Of a stretch of DNA of 64,000 nucleotides, positions 12,837 through 24,660 are shown piece after piece. The translations under genes and the position numbers were made by a program. Within the stretch, counting starts at the first letter, position 1. Each line of letters begins with the position of its first letter. The stretch covers positions 93,496,001-93,560,000 of the forward strand of contig OZ024746.1 of NCBI GenBank assembly GCA_964016885.1, written 5' to 3'. The notes beneath the pieces were generated by a model that was given only the letters and a program-made list of their open reading frames with translations, did no database searches and was not told the origin of the DNA. Source of the DNA: Eledone cirrhosa (taxonomy: Eukaryota).

Positions 12837-13036
12837 GCCACATTCCCTACCTCATCTCCATAAACTTATCTCTTTCAGTTTCCATTCTATACACAGCTTC
12901 ACCATCAGTCATTTCTTCATATCATCTGCCCTATCTACCTCTATTTTCTCTTCTTAATATGTTTTATAATACTATATACTTTAGTTTGCTCTCTTATCCA
13001 TTGTCAAGTTTTTTTTGTCCTTTTTAGTGAGCTTAA

Positions 13037-13269
13037 CCCTTTCTTGACTCTATTTCTAATGAAATACACTCTATTTTAATTAATTAATGAAGACTTTTGT
13101 GTGCTTTACTAAAATTATTAATTATTTCATTACTAAGGTAGTAACTTAATGTAAGGTTCTTATATAAAATTATGTTGGAAGATTTTAATTTAAATTGGAA
13201 ACTTTTAAAATGGATGGTTTTATTTCATAAAAACCAGAGCTGGTTTTGGTGAGGCTGGTAACTAAAGGC
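13037..13269. mobile_element. piggyBac-type MITE family 2
   Basis: TTAA-CCCTTT ... AAAGGC-TTAA; related copies near 27210-27296, 29428-29690 and 42349-42752. Confidence 0.7.
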
Positions 13270-13648
13270 TTAAATGGCTTTAAATTCCCCATTTATGTTT
13301 ATTCATTTACTTTTTATTCAAGTTAAGCTTTTGTAAAGATTCATTCCAGTGCAGCATTAAAGAGTTTGGGTGATGTTATATCCCTTTGTCTTATTTCTCT
13401 TTCAATATTGATCTTTTCACTTTTAATCTGAAGTTTTGTAGATGATGTTCTCAGACTTTATAGATTTTCTGAATAATTTCTATAATTTCATACATAGATA
13501 GGTGCAGAAAACTAGCATAATCTAGAGAATAAATTATATTTGAAATCATAATTATTTTGAAGAAAGGATAAGGTTAATAATCTGAAAATGTTTTTTCACC
13601 AGTAGATCTTGTTTTTTAAAGTAGAGTGTCAACCTGGTTACACATTAA

Positions 13649-13869
13649 ACCTTTAGCATTTAAACCAGCCATATCCAACCAGAATTCTCTCACCTCTTTC
13701 TCTTCAAACTGGCTGTAACAATCCACTGATACTTATATTAAGGTGTTGTTCTCAAAATAAATAATATAAAAATCTCGTAGATTTGATATTATGTGAAATA
13801 ATTATGTGACATAAAGCCTTTACCATGAAAATTTGATAGCAAATATAGAGTAATGTAAATGCTATTGGG
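13649..13869. mobile_element. piggyBac-type MITE family 1
   Basis: TTAA flanks, TIR (C)CCTTTAGCATT / AATGCTATTGGG; homologous to 40192-40412. Confidence 0.75.
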
Positions 13870-14624
13870 TTAAGCACTATAATGTTGATGTGGGTGTGTA
13901 GTTAAGAAGTTCATTCTGTACTCAAATTTACCAAAGTATGTGAATAAAATTTTCAAGATGAAAACTGTAGAAACCCATCATATGGACTATACCTGTTTCT
14001 GGTCCTTGCAACCTTAAGTGGATGGTACTCTGTTGCAAACATTTGAACCAGATCTCAAGTGTGAGAACAACTTATTGTTTTGCTTCTTACTGGATTGAAC
14101 ACCAAGCTAATAAATGAATGCCTATGTGGTCACTTGACCAGTGAAAAATAGCAGTCATATTTTCCTCAAACTATGCACTACCATTATTTTTTAAAGATGT
14201 TAACTTTGCCTTTCATCCTTACGGGGTCGATAAAATAAAGTACCAGTAATACACTGGGTAATTGCTGGCCTTGTGCCTATATAAGAAACCATTATTTTTT
14301 AAAGATGCAGATAATATAGGTCAAGTTACGTTATTCATGAAATATATATAAAGACAGGATGTTCAGGGCTTGAATATGAATTAATCATAGTTCTACTCAA
14401 TCAGAGGAGACATGAAAGCTTAACAGCAACATCTCACCATTGGATTTTTTTCTCCCATTCCCTCTGCCAGTTTTGAAGGCCCTGTAGAAAGATCGTGGCA
14501 CCTATCCTGGCCCCTTCTGACTTAAATATCAAAATAAATATATTATATATTAAGCAAGTCTTTCCTACTGTACTGATGTGAAACTTGGAGGACAATAAAG
14601 AAGATACAGTAGAAGATCCAGACA

Positions 14625-14875
14625 TTCTGCAGAGGAAGTGAAGCTGGATTGGACATAACTTCAGGAAACCAGCATCCATCACCACATGACAAGCGCTGAA
14701 CTGGAACCTGTGGGGTAAGAGATAGAGAGGCTGGCTCTGCGGCAGCTTGAGAGGTAACACTGTGGCTGAATTAAGAAAACTGGTAGCCAACTGGAGTGGA
14801 GTGGTGAGAGCAGCCCAGGATCGTGTATAATCATGGAGGGTCATCAATGGCCTATGCTCCACGGAGAACTGAATG
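14625..14875 (+). pseudogene. RTE (BovB/SR2-like) LINE 3' fragment
   Basis: RK*SWIGHNFRKPASITT*QALNWNLWGKR*RG...AAQDRV...INGLCS matches W.WIGHTLRK....ITRQAL.WNP.GKR.RGRP. Confidence 0.75.
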
Positions 14876-15248
14876 AGGAATAAAAGTCCTTCCAGTCATT
14901 ACATTTAACTTATAATACAAAACAGATGAAAGATCATGACTGATGCAGTAATTGAATCTATGTCTTAATTGTTTATGAAAAAAAAAAGTGAAATTTTCCT
15001 TACTTTTCCTTAACCTCCCTCCCTCTCTTTCTTTCTTTCTCTTTTACAATCACTTATGTTTCATATTTATATCTTAATACATCTATATTGACTACTCATT
15101 CTTGTGGCCATCAATACTAAGTAGATATATACATACATATATATGTACATATATATATATATATATATATAACGAAGGAGTTGTGGTAAGGAACCAGATG
15201 GATCATAACGCACCAGAGTACTCAATACTTAGGGTAGTAGAGTGGGTA

Positions 15249-15363
15249 ATAGGAAAATGTTCAAGACCCCGTCGGCAGAGCTCAAGCCGTTTCGACGGCT
15301 ATTTCAGTCCAGAAATAGCCGTCGAAATGGCTTAAACTCAGCCGTCAGGGTCTTGAACATTTT

Positions 15364-15368
<5 letters not shown>
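15249..15368. repeat. 120-bp hairpin/palindrome abutting (TA)n
   Basis: 57-bp arms (ATAGGAAAATGTTCAAGACCC...GACGGCTATTTC / GAAATAGCCGTC...GGGTCTTGAACATTTTCCTAT), 6-nt loop, about 6 mismatches. Confidence 0.9.
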
Positions 15369-15443
<75 letters not shown>

Positions 15444-15477
15444 AAGAAATTAAAAGATGGTTAAAAAAAGTTCCATA

Positions 15478-15548
15478 TATTTTATTATGCGCATTTCAAA
15501 AACAAATATCATCCTGGGACGATAGTTGCGTTCTCATCAGATAAAATA
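15478..15548 (-). ncRNA. Type I hammerhead ribozyme (left arm)
   Basis: Reverse-complement twin of 15580-15650; one variant converts a U-G to a C-G pair in stem II. Confidence 0.75.
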
Positions 15549-15579
15549 AGGTAACATGATATGATGCCTAAAAATACCT

Positions 15580-15650
15580 TATTTTATCTGATGAGAATGC
15601 AACTATCGTTCCAGGATGATATTTGTTTTTGAAATGCGCATAATAAAATA
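15580..15650 (+). ncRNA. Type I hammerhead ribozyme (right arm)
   Basis: TATTTTAT-CTGATGA-[36-nt hairpin]-GAAA-TGCGCA-TA-ATAAAATA: 8-bp stem I, palindromic stem III ATGCGCAT, predicted cleavage after 15642. Confidence 0.8.
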
Positions 15651-15775
15651 TATGGAACTTTTTTTAACCATCTTTTAATTTCTTCTTATATATACTCCCG
15701 TCCAATAAACTGTTGAGTGTTACTTATCTGATATATGCATAGTTTTATTGTTCTACAATAAAACTCACCTCCTAC

Positions 15776-15852
<77 letters not shown>

Positions 15853-15855
<3 letters not shown>

Positions 15856-16344
15856 TGTTATACTTTGTGAGGGTCATGTTGCCAATAAGAAACACATGCA
15901 CCAGTTGCTTTCACTTCAATTTATTATAAATTAAATTTATAAATTTAGGAATTTATAAATTTCCGGTTGGTTGGTTGGTTCCACAACCAGACGATTGTTC
16001 ATATATTATCAAAGTTCTTTCGTCACACATTCTGTGACTTCTTCAGTGCCTGGGATTCTTGTCTTTGTTTTTGTGCCTCTCCTTTGTTCTGTCCTACGCC
16101 ATCTTGTTTTTGTGTGTGTTGTGTGCTTAGTTTGTGCATGTGTTACATCCGGGTGTCTGTGTGTGTTTATATTTGTTTATTTATTTGTTTATTTACATGT
16201 TACTGGTTGGTTGTTTGTTCTATGTGTGTGTGTGTTTTCACTTTGTCCTTAATTGTAAGTTGTGATGTTGCTATTCCAAAGTATAACAATATCGGTTTCA
16301 ACACACGTTTTCAGATAAAGAATCTTGCTAAACAAATTCAGAAA

Positions 16345-16345
<1 letters not shown>
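15853..16345 (-). mobile_element. Penelope-like pLTR family copy with hammerhead (16008-16050, minus) and inverted tail
   Basis: Minus: CTGAAGA-aGTCACagaatgtGTGAC-GAAA-GAAC-TT; tail CAAAGTATAACAATAT present in both orientations (15853 and 16277). Confidence 0.7.
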
Positions 16346-16418
<73 letters not shown>

Positions 16419-16527
16419 CCAATTTCACATCAAATGGAACAAAACCGTCTAACCCATGCTAGCGTAGAAGATGGACGTTAAACGATGATGATGATGATGA
16501 TGATATTATATATATATTATATATCGA

Positions 16528-16863
16528 AGACTCCCTTCGGTCATGAATGACCATGTGATTTGCACCTAGAAAGTTTCCCTCTGAGGCACAAGTCCGGACA
16601 AGGTTGTTTGTAGAAGACCAGCAGTCGTCCATGTATACCAGTCTCCCCCCCCCCCTCCATGCCACCGATGTCCAAGGAAAAGGCAATGGCCGATATAACA
16701 TGACACCAGTGATGTCGCAACTCATTTCTACAGCTGAGTGAACTGGAGCAATGTGAAATAAAGTCTCTTGCTCAAGGACACAACGCATCACCCGGTCCGA
16801 GAATCGAACGCACAACCTTTTGATTGCAAGCCCAATGCTCTAACCATTAAGCCATGCGCCTTC
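16528..16863 (-). mobile_element. CORE-type tRNA SINE with a different 3' half (partial copy at 40425-40540)
   Basis: Same head and core as family B, then GACTGCTGGTCTTC...TTTCTAGGTGCAA...GGTCATTCATGACCGAAGGG. Confidence 0.8.
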
Positions 16864-16871
16864 ACACACAC

Positions 16872-16927
<56 letters not shown>

Positions 16928-17714
16928 GTATATATATATATATATAATCATTATCATTGTCATTTTAACATCTGCTTTATTTATATATATATATAATATT
17001 CATATTATTTTTCATATTCATACATATATATATATATGTGTGTGTGTGTGGCTGGGTGTGTGTATATATGTGTATATAGACTTGCATATATACACATGTA
17101 TATGTAGTATTTGATAAATATATGTATGTATGTATCTATGTATGTGTGTGCATGCGCATATGTATGTGCGTGCGTGCGTATATGTATGTGTGTGCATATG
17201 TATGTGTGTGTGGGCGCATATGTATGTGTGTTCGTATGCATATATATATATGTGTGTGTGTGCGTATATGCATGTGTGTGTGTTTGCGTGTGTTACCCTT
17301 GGTGACCTACCATTGACCCATTCGCTGAAATCCTTCAATGAGTAGAAAATTAATCTAATTAATATGCGAGCAAAAAAAAAGCACACAAAAAAAAGTAAAA
17401 GGCAATAATAATACTAAAAGATTTAATGAAAACTATTACAAAAGAAATCATTATTATCATTATCTGTATTCTCCTTAATGTCTACTTTAAGTAAACCCTT
17501 GTGGTTAATAAAGAAAGTATTATTATCATTATCATCATTATTATTATTTCGTTTCTGAATTTGTTTAGCAAGATTCTTTATCTGAAAACCCTCCCAAAGT
17601 ATAACATTATTATTATTATTATTGGTCTAATCGGACGTATTTTGCTCGCTCCCAGTAAGTCTCTTTATTTGCCTGTTAAAATTATTTGTTAAATTTTTCT
17701 TGTGTAAGGGATAT

Positions 17715-18580
17715 AAGCCCTTGGACTTTGCGTTCACCGCCATCTACCAGCTGGGCATTAGTATCGATGGAACATCCACCTCGGCGTTCTATAGAGGGCT
17801 AGTGGAGGGAAAGAGCGACGACGTTCTCGGGGAGACTCTGGGCGTTGAAGACGATCAGCTGTTCGCTCTCTTCAAGAGAACTTTCAGACCGGGGCCTATG
17901 GACAACTTCCAGAAATCTCTGGCCTGACAGTGCTACCGGGATGGGGGGGGGGGGGGGGGGGGGGGGCGTTACTAGTTTGGGATAAGCTCTACAGGCACGG
18001 AGGTGCTGTCAGCCGAGCCTGTTCGAGATGCGCGCAGGGCGACGAAGCTGTCCTGCACGCACTCGTTCAGTGCCCGAGTATTGCTGACTTGTGGAGCTAT
18101 GTCGAACAGCTGCTGTCGCGTGTAGGACGGATCCGGTTATCGACTGAGGCCATTGTGCAGATAATCCCGCCATCCTCCTTTAAAGAGGAGGAAGGGCAGG
18201 CAGTTTTCATCTGCCTGGTGGCCATGGCGAAAGAGATTGTGGTGGACAAGGTTGAAAGGGTTGAAGACGGACACTTTCCTCTTCGGCCAATCCCAGATTA
18301 ACTTTTTCAAGTTTCACTTGAAGAGGAAAATCAGGGTGGAGAGGTAAGTGCTGCCTTCTAGCAAGTTTGTTGAAAGGTGGGTGAATGTAGCGAGAATGGT
18401 CCGAATGAACGGGACCGCTCTGAATATACGCCTGTAGTTTCAGAAATGGAAAAATTGAGAGAGGACGCTTGCCCTAGTGGTCAGGGTGGCCGTTGTCTTT
18501 TGTGTGGTTTTTGCCACGAGTAACCCTCAGAGGTTTCACCCCTATTGGAGAATTTTTAAATTGTTTCAATTTTCATTTGT

Positions 18581-18644
<64 letters not shown>

Positions 18645-18770
18645 TCTATGTCTTTTCCTTTTCTTTTCTTATATAAATAATAAAAATCTTTACACGCACA
18701 AAACCCACATCGTACCGTCCTGTGTCGTCTGTAATGTTTTTCTTGATGTCAGCCCTTGTGGCCAATAAAG
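17715..18770 (+). pseudogene. Tx1/L1-clade LINE 3' fragment (zf-RVT zinc knuckle, 3' UTR, AATAAA)
   Basis: LLVWDKLYRHG...CSRCAQGDEAVLHALVQCPSIADLW = C-x2-C-x8-H-x4-C knuckle; frameshift at a G-run; AATAAA at 18764 then (ATT)n. Confidence 0.8.
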
Positions 18771-18782
18771 AAATCATTATTA

Positions 18783-18813
<31 letters not shown>

Positions 18814-19044
18814 CATCATTATCATTATTAATGTTGTTGTTGTTCCAGGTGTCAGCCCTACAAAAGCCCACTCTTCAGTAATACTGTGATAAACAAACAA
18901 CACACTACTAGGCTTGCTTTGTTATTGTAAAGTCAACAACAGCTTCTTTACTTATTTGTAAGTCACCCAACTTACTACAATGTTAATCCTCACCTTTTTT
19001 TCTTTTTGTTTTAACTTTGATGTTTTAAATATCTTCCTTTTGTT

Positions 19045-19046
19045 GA

Positions 19047-19077
<31 letters not shown>

Positions 19078-19475
19078 GGCGGTGGCGGCGGTGATGGTGG
19101 TGGTGGTGGTGGTAGTGGTGGTGTGGTGGTGGTGGTGGTGGTGGTAGTGGTGGTGTTGGTGGTGTGATGATGTGGTGGTGGTGTGGTGGTGGTGTGGTGC
19201 TGGTGGTGGTGGTGGTGGTAGTGGTGGTGGTGGTGGTGGTGGTGGTAGTGGTGGTGGTGGTGTGGTGCTGGTGGTGGTGGTGGTGTGGCGGTGTTGGTGT
19301 GATGATGTGGTGGTGGTGTGGTGCTGGTGTGGTGCTGGTGGTGGTGGAGGTGTGGTGGTGTTGGTGTGATGGTGTGGTGCTGGTAGTGGTGGTGGTGTGG
19401 CCGTGTTGGTGTGATGATGTGGTGGTGGTGTGGTGACGGTGGTGTGGTGGTTGTGGTGGTAGTGGTTGTTTTTGT
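19045..19475. repeat. (GGT)n-rich low-complexity array
   Basis: Direct inspection. Confidence 0.95.
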
Positions 19476-19539
19476 TGTGATATATATTATATATATATAT
19501 ATTTTTTATTGCAATTGATGTTTTTAGTTGGTCTTGTCC

Positions 19540-19870
19540 AGTGGATGTAGAGGATATATAAAGGATGGAGAGAAATGATGCAAGCATGCTTTTATGGATG
19601 GTCACTGTTTCAGGGAAGTGTGACATGGACAGAGAATGTGGAGGATATATAAAGGTGGGGGGGGGGGGGGGGGGGAAATGAAATGTGATATTAAAATGCA
19701 TGGATGAGCTCTGAAAGAAACTGGGTATGAAAGGAGTTAGATGTAGTGTACAAGAGAGAAGACTGAGCTGGTATGGACATGTGATGCTTATGGATGATGT
19801 AAAGAAGTACCAAGAAATCCAAGTGGAATGAAGCTGCAGTAGAGGAAGACTAAGGATGATCTGAGTAGAG
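19540..19870 (+). pseudogene. Diverged RTE family A 3' fragment
   Basis: RMERNDASMLLWM...VQERRLSWYGHVMLMDD, homologous to 49901-50170. Confidence 0.75.
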
Positions 19871-20001
19871 AATGGAGGGCTGTTCTCAAATCGTTGGACC
19901 TCACATAGGAGACAATGATATAAATGTAACAATAGGAAGGGTACTGTGCTGGAAAAGACTCACTCGGCCCATGATGATGATGGTGATGGTGATGGTGATG
20001 G

Positions 20002-20056
<55 letters not shown>

Positions 20057-20309
20057 CTCATTTGTTTTGACACCAATTGCACCTATTCAAGACTTCCTCA
20101 GTCTGCTCATCTGCATGTTGTATCCACCATAAACACATGAGCATATGATGGAACCTTAAGGCCAGGGATCTTCAAACTTTTCACTTGATAGGCTCATTGT
20201 AACAACATTTAATTTCTATTCACCCACAAAGAAATCAATCAAATAAAAAATCACTAAACATTACTAATTTACCTGAGATGTTAAAAGAAGTTATTCTCTA
20301 ACTGACTCT

Positions 20310-20918
20310 TGTGTGCTGGGTGGCCTGGACCTCTGGAAGGGTACCTAAGCAATGGCAATCAGGAGTGATAATCCCAATTTTCAAAAAGGGAGACAAGAGA
20401 GATTGTTCCAATCACAGAAGGATCTCCTTGTGAAGCCTCCCTGGTAAAGTTTATGCTAAGTGTCTGGCAAAGAGATGCAGGAAGATTGTCAAGTCCAAGT
20501 TAGCTGATGAACAGTGTGGTTTTCTACCCAGGATGTAGCACAACCAACCAAATATTCATACTGTGGCAGGTTTTTGAGAAATCGTGGGAGTATTGCCAAG
20601 AAGTATATTCTTGTTTTGTAGACCTTGAAAAGGCATATGACCCTGTTCTTCGAGACCTGCTGTGGAAGGCTGTGCAGGAGTATGGGATTGATGGTCAGCA
20701 CCTTGCTGCTCTGATGTCTCTGTACAAATGCCCAAGTATTTGTGTTTGGATAAATGGTGCTAAATCTAAACCATTCAATGTGGGAGACAGACTCCACCAA
20801 GGGTGGGTACTGTCACCACTCCTGTTCATTATTTACATGAACAGGATTGATATGTGCAACCGGGTTGGAAGTGGTATCATGGCTGGTGGATGTAAAATCA
20901 GTTGGCAGGAATTTGCAG
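20310..20918 (+). pseudogene. RTE (Expander-like) reverse transcriptase fragment
   Basis: WQSGVIIPIFKKGDKRDCSNHR.ISL...EQCGF..GCSTTNQIF.L...FVDLEKAYD...QGWVLSPLLFIIYM; truncated at the FADD motif by a (GGT/GAT)n array. Confidence 0.9.
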
Positions 20919-20919
20919 G

Positions 20920-23165
20920 CAATGATGGTGATAATGGTGGGGGTGGTGGTGGTGGTGGTGGTGGTGGTGGTAATGATGGTCAGGATAATGGCAGTGGCAG
21001 TGATGATGGTGGGGATAATGGTGGTTGTGATGGTGGGGCATAATGGTGGTGATGGTGATGGTGGTGATGGTGGTGATAATTGTGGTGGTAGTGGTAATGG
21101 TGGGGATAATGGTGGAAATGGTGGTGGTGGTAATAGTGGTGAGGATAATGGCAGTAGTGGTGATGATGGTGGGGATAATGGTGGTGGAGGTGTTGATGGT
21201 GGGGATAATGGTGGTGATTGTGGTGGTAATGGTGGTGGGGATAATGACAGTGGTGATGATGATGGTGGTGGTGGGGGGGGGGTCTGGCAAGGATAATGGT
21301 GAAGTTGATAAGGATGAGAATGATGAAAACGAGATATTGGCGATGGTTCTAATTGAGAAGATAATGAGAGCTATTTGATTTTTATTGATTTGATTGTATG
21401 ATAATATCCCTGCTACCACTACTACCACCACCACCCCATCACCACCACCACTACCACCGCCTCTACTACCACCACCACCACCACCACTACCACCACCACT
21501 GCCACTACCACCACCACTACCACCACCACTGCCTCTACTACCATCACTACCCCCCCACACACACACACCACTACCACCACCACCACCTCTACTACCATCA
21601 CTACCCCCCCCCAACACCACTACCACCAACTCTACTACCACCACCACTATCACCACCACCACCGCCACTACCACCACCACCACCACCTCTACTACCATCT
21701 CTACCCCCCCCCCACCCCACCACCACCTCTATGTTATTAGTATTGTCTCTTTACATGTGCCATTTACAACTATTTAACATTAAGAATACAGAAGATATGG
21801 TGGAGAAATATTTTAATGTTAAATATATGATTTCTTTTGATACGAACCCACCCTAAACTAACTTTCATCACCATCATCACCACCACCACCATCATCACCA
21901 CCACCATCACCACCACCATCATCATCACCACCATCACCACCACTACCATCACCACCACCACCATCACCACCACAACCATCACCATCATCACCACCACCAC
22001 CACCACCACCACCACCACCACCATCACCACCACTGCCATCACGCCCACCATCATCATCACCACCACCACCATCACCCCCCCCCCCATCACAACCCCCCCC
22101 CACACCACCACCACCACCATCACCACCACCACCACCACCACGACCATCACCATAACCACCACCACCATCATCACCACCACCACCACCAGCATCACCACCA
22201 CATCCACCACCACCACCAACACCACCATCACCACCACCATCACCACCACCATCACCCCCACCACCACCATCATCACCACCACCACCACCATCATCACCAC
22301 CACCACCATCACCACCACCACCACCACCATCACCCCCACCACCACCATCATCACCACCACCACCACCATCATCACCACCACCACCACCATCATCACCACC
22401 ACCACCACCACCATCATCACCACCACCATCACCACTACCACCATCACCACCACCACCATCATCACCACCACCACCACCATCACCACCACCACCACCACCA
22501 TCATCACCACCACCACCACCACCATCATCACCACCACCATCACCACCACCACCATCACCACCACCACCATCATCACCACCACCACCACCATCACCACCAC
22601 CACCACCACCATCATCACCACCACCATCACCACCACCACCATCACCACCACCAACACTATCACCACCACCACCATCATCACCACCACCACCACCATCATC
22701 ACCACCACCATCACCACCACCACCATCACCACCACCACCATCACCACCACCACCACCACCATCATCACCACCACCATCACCACCACCACCATCACCACCA
22801 CCACCACCACCATCATCACCACCACCATCACCACCACCACCATCACCACCACCACCATCACCACCACCACCATCATCACCACCACCACCACCATCATCAC
22901 CACCACCACCACCACCATCACCACCACCACCACCACCACCACCACCACCACCACCACCATCATCACCACCACCACCACCACCACCATCATCACCACCACC
23001 ACCACCACCACCACTATCACCACCACCACCACCACCACCACCATCACCACCATCACCAGCCCCACCACCACCACCATCATCACCACCACCACCACCACCA
23101 CCACTATCACCACCACCACCACCACCACCACCATCACCACCATCACCAGCCCCATCACCATCATC
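20920..23165. repeat. Trinucleotide arrays: (GGT/GAT) 20920-21290, (ACC/ACT) 21415-21730, (CAC/CAT) 21866-23165
   Basis: Direct inspection. Confidence 0.95.
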
Positions 23166-23529
23166 AACACAGCAGATATGATGATTAGGAAGAAATATTT
23201 CAATGTAAAATATAAGACTTCTGTTTCCCTTGTGAATATTCCCCCCCCCCCCCCGATCTGATGCTGAAATAATCTCAGTCTACAACAGTTCACGGTCTAA
23301 TTTGTATATCAACTCTTTCGATATGAATCTGGACAAAACTAACTTTCATCGTTATCATCATTGTTGCTGTCATCATCATCATCATCATCTCCATTTCCAT
23401 CATCATCATCGTCAACATGTAATGTTTATCTTCCATGTTTGCGTGGGTTAGGCAGGTTGTCAAATACTGAGGTTAACAGATGGCTCTATGCTCTTCCTAA
23501 TGCCAACCACTTTACAGCACATACTGCGA

Positions 23530-24660
23530 GTATTTTATTGTGGCACCAACACTACCACTTTACAGGGTGGGCTGGGTACACTTTATTGTGGTGCCAACAC
23601 TACCACTTTACAGGGTGGGCTGGGTACACTTTATTGTGGTGCCAACACTACCACTTTACAGGGTGGGCTGGGTACACTTTATTGTGGTGCCAACACTACC
23701 ACTTTACAGGGTGGGCTGGGTACACTTTATTGTGGTGCCAACACTACCACTTTACAGGGTGGGCTGGGTACACTTTATTGTGGTGCCAACACTACCACTT
23801 TACAGGGTGGGCTGGTACAGTTTATTGTGGTGCCAACACTACCACTTTACAGGGTGGGCTGGTACACTTTATTGTGGTGCCATCACTACCACTTTACAGG
23901 GTGGGCTGGTACACTTTATTGTGGTGCCATCACTACCACTTTACAGGGTGGACTGGTACACTTTATTGTGGTGCCATCACTACCACTTTACAGGGTGGGC
24001 TGGTACACTTTATTGTGGTGCCATCACTACCACTTTACAGGGTGGGCTGGTACACTTTATTGTGGCACCAACACTACCACTTTACAGGGTGGGCTGGTAC
24101 ACTTTATTGTGGTGCCAACACTACCACTTTACAGGGTGGGCTGGGTACACTTTATTGTGGCACCAACACTACCACTTTACAGGGTGGACTGGTACACTTT
24201 ATTGTGGTGCCAACACTACCACTTTACAGGGTGGGCTGGTACACTTTATTGTGGTGCCATCACTACCACTTTACAGGGTGGGCTGGTACACTTTATTGTG
24301 GTGCCATCACTACCACTTTACAGGGTGGACTGGTACACTTTATTGTGGTGCCATCACTACCACTTTACAGGGTGGGCTGGTACACTTTATTGTGGTGCCA
24401 TCACTACCACTTTACAGGGTGGGCTGGGTACACTTTATTGTGGTGCCAACACTACCACTTTACAGGGTGGGCTGGTACACTTTATTGTGGTGCCATCACT
24501 ACCACTTTACAGGGTGGGCTGGTACACTTTATTGTGGTGCCATCACTACCACTTTACAGGGTGGGCTGGTACACTTTATTGGGGTACTAACACTACCACT
24601 TTACAGGGTGGGCTGGGTACAGTTTATTGTGTACCAGCACTACTGCCTTACAGGGTGAAC
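23530..24660. repeat. 47-48-bp minisatellite (~23 copies) grown inside a SINE/LINE-tail sequence
   Basis: Unit GTGCCAACACTACCACTTTACAGGGTGGGCTGGGTACACTTTATTGTG; preceded by a decayed GATGCCCTTCCTAATGCCAAC box and (CAT)n tail. Confidence 0.95.

Larger units (their letters stand above)
15441..15687. mobile_element. Foldback element with a hammerhead in each arm, inserted in (TA)n
   Basis: 113-bp arms (15441-15553 / 15575-15687), 2 mismatches seen, 21-nt spacer. Confidence 0.85.
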
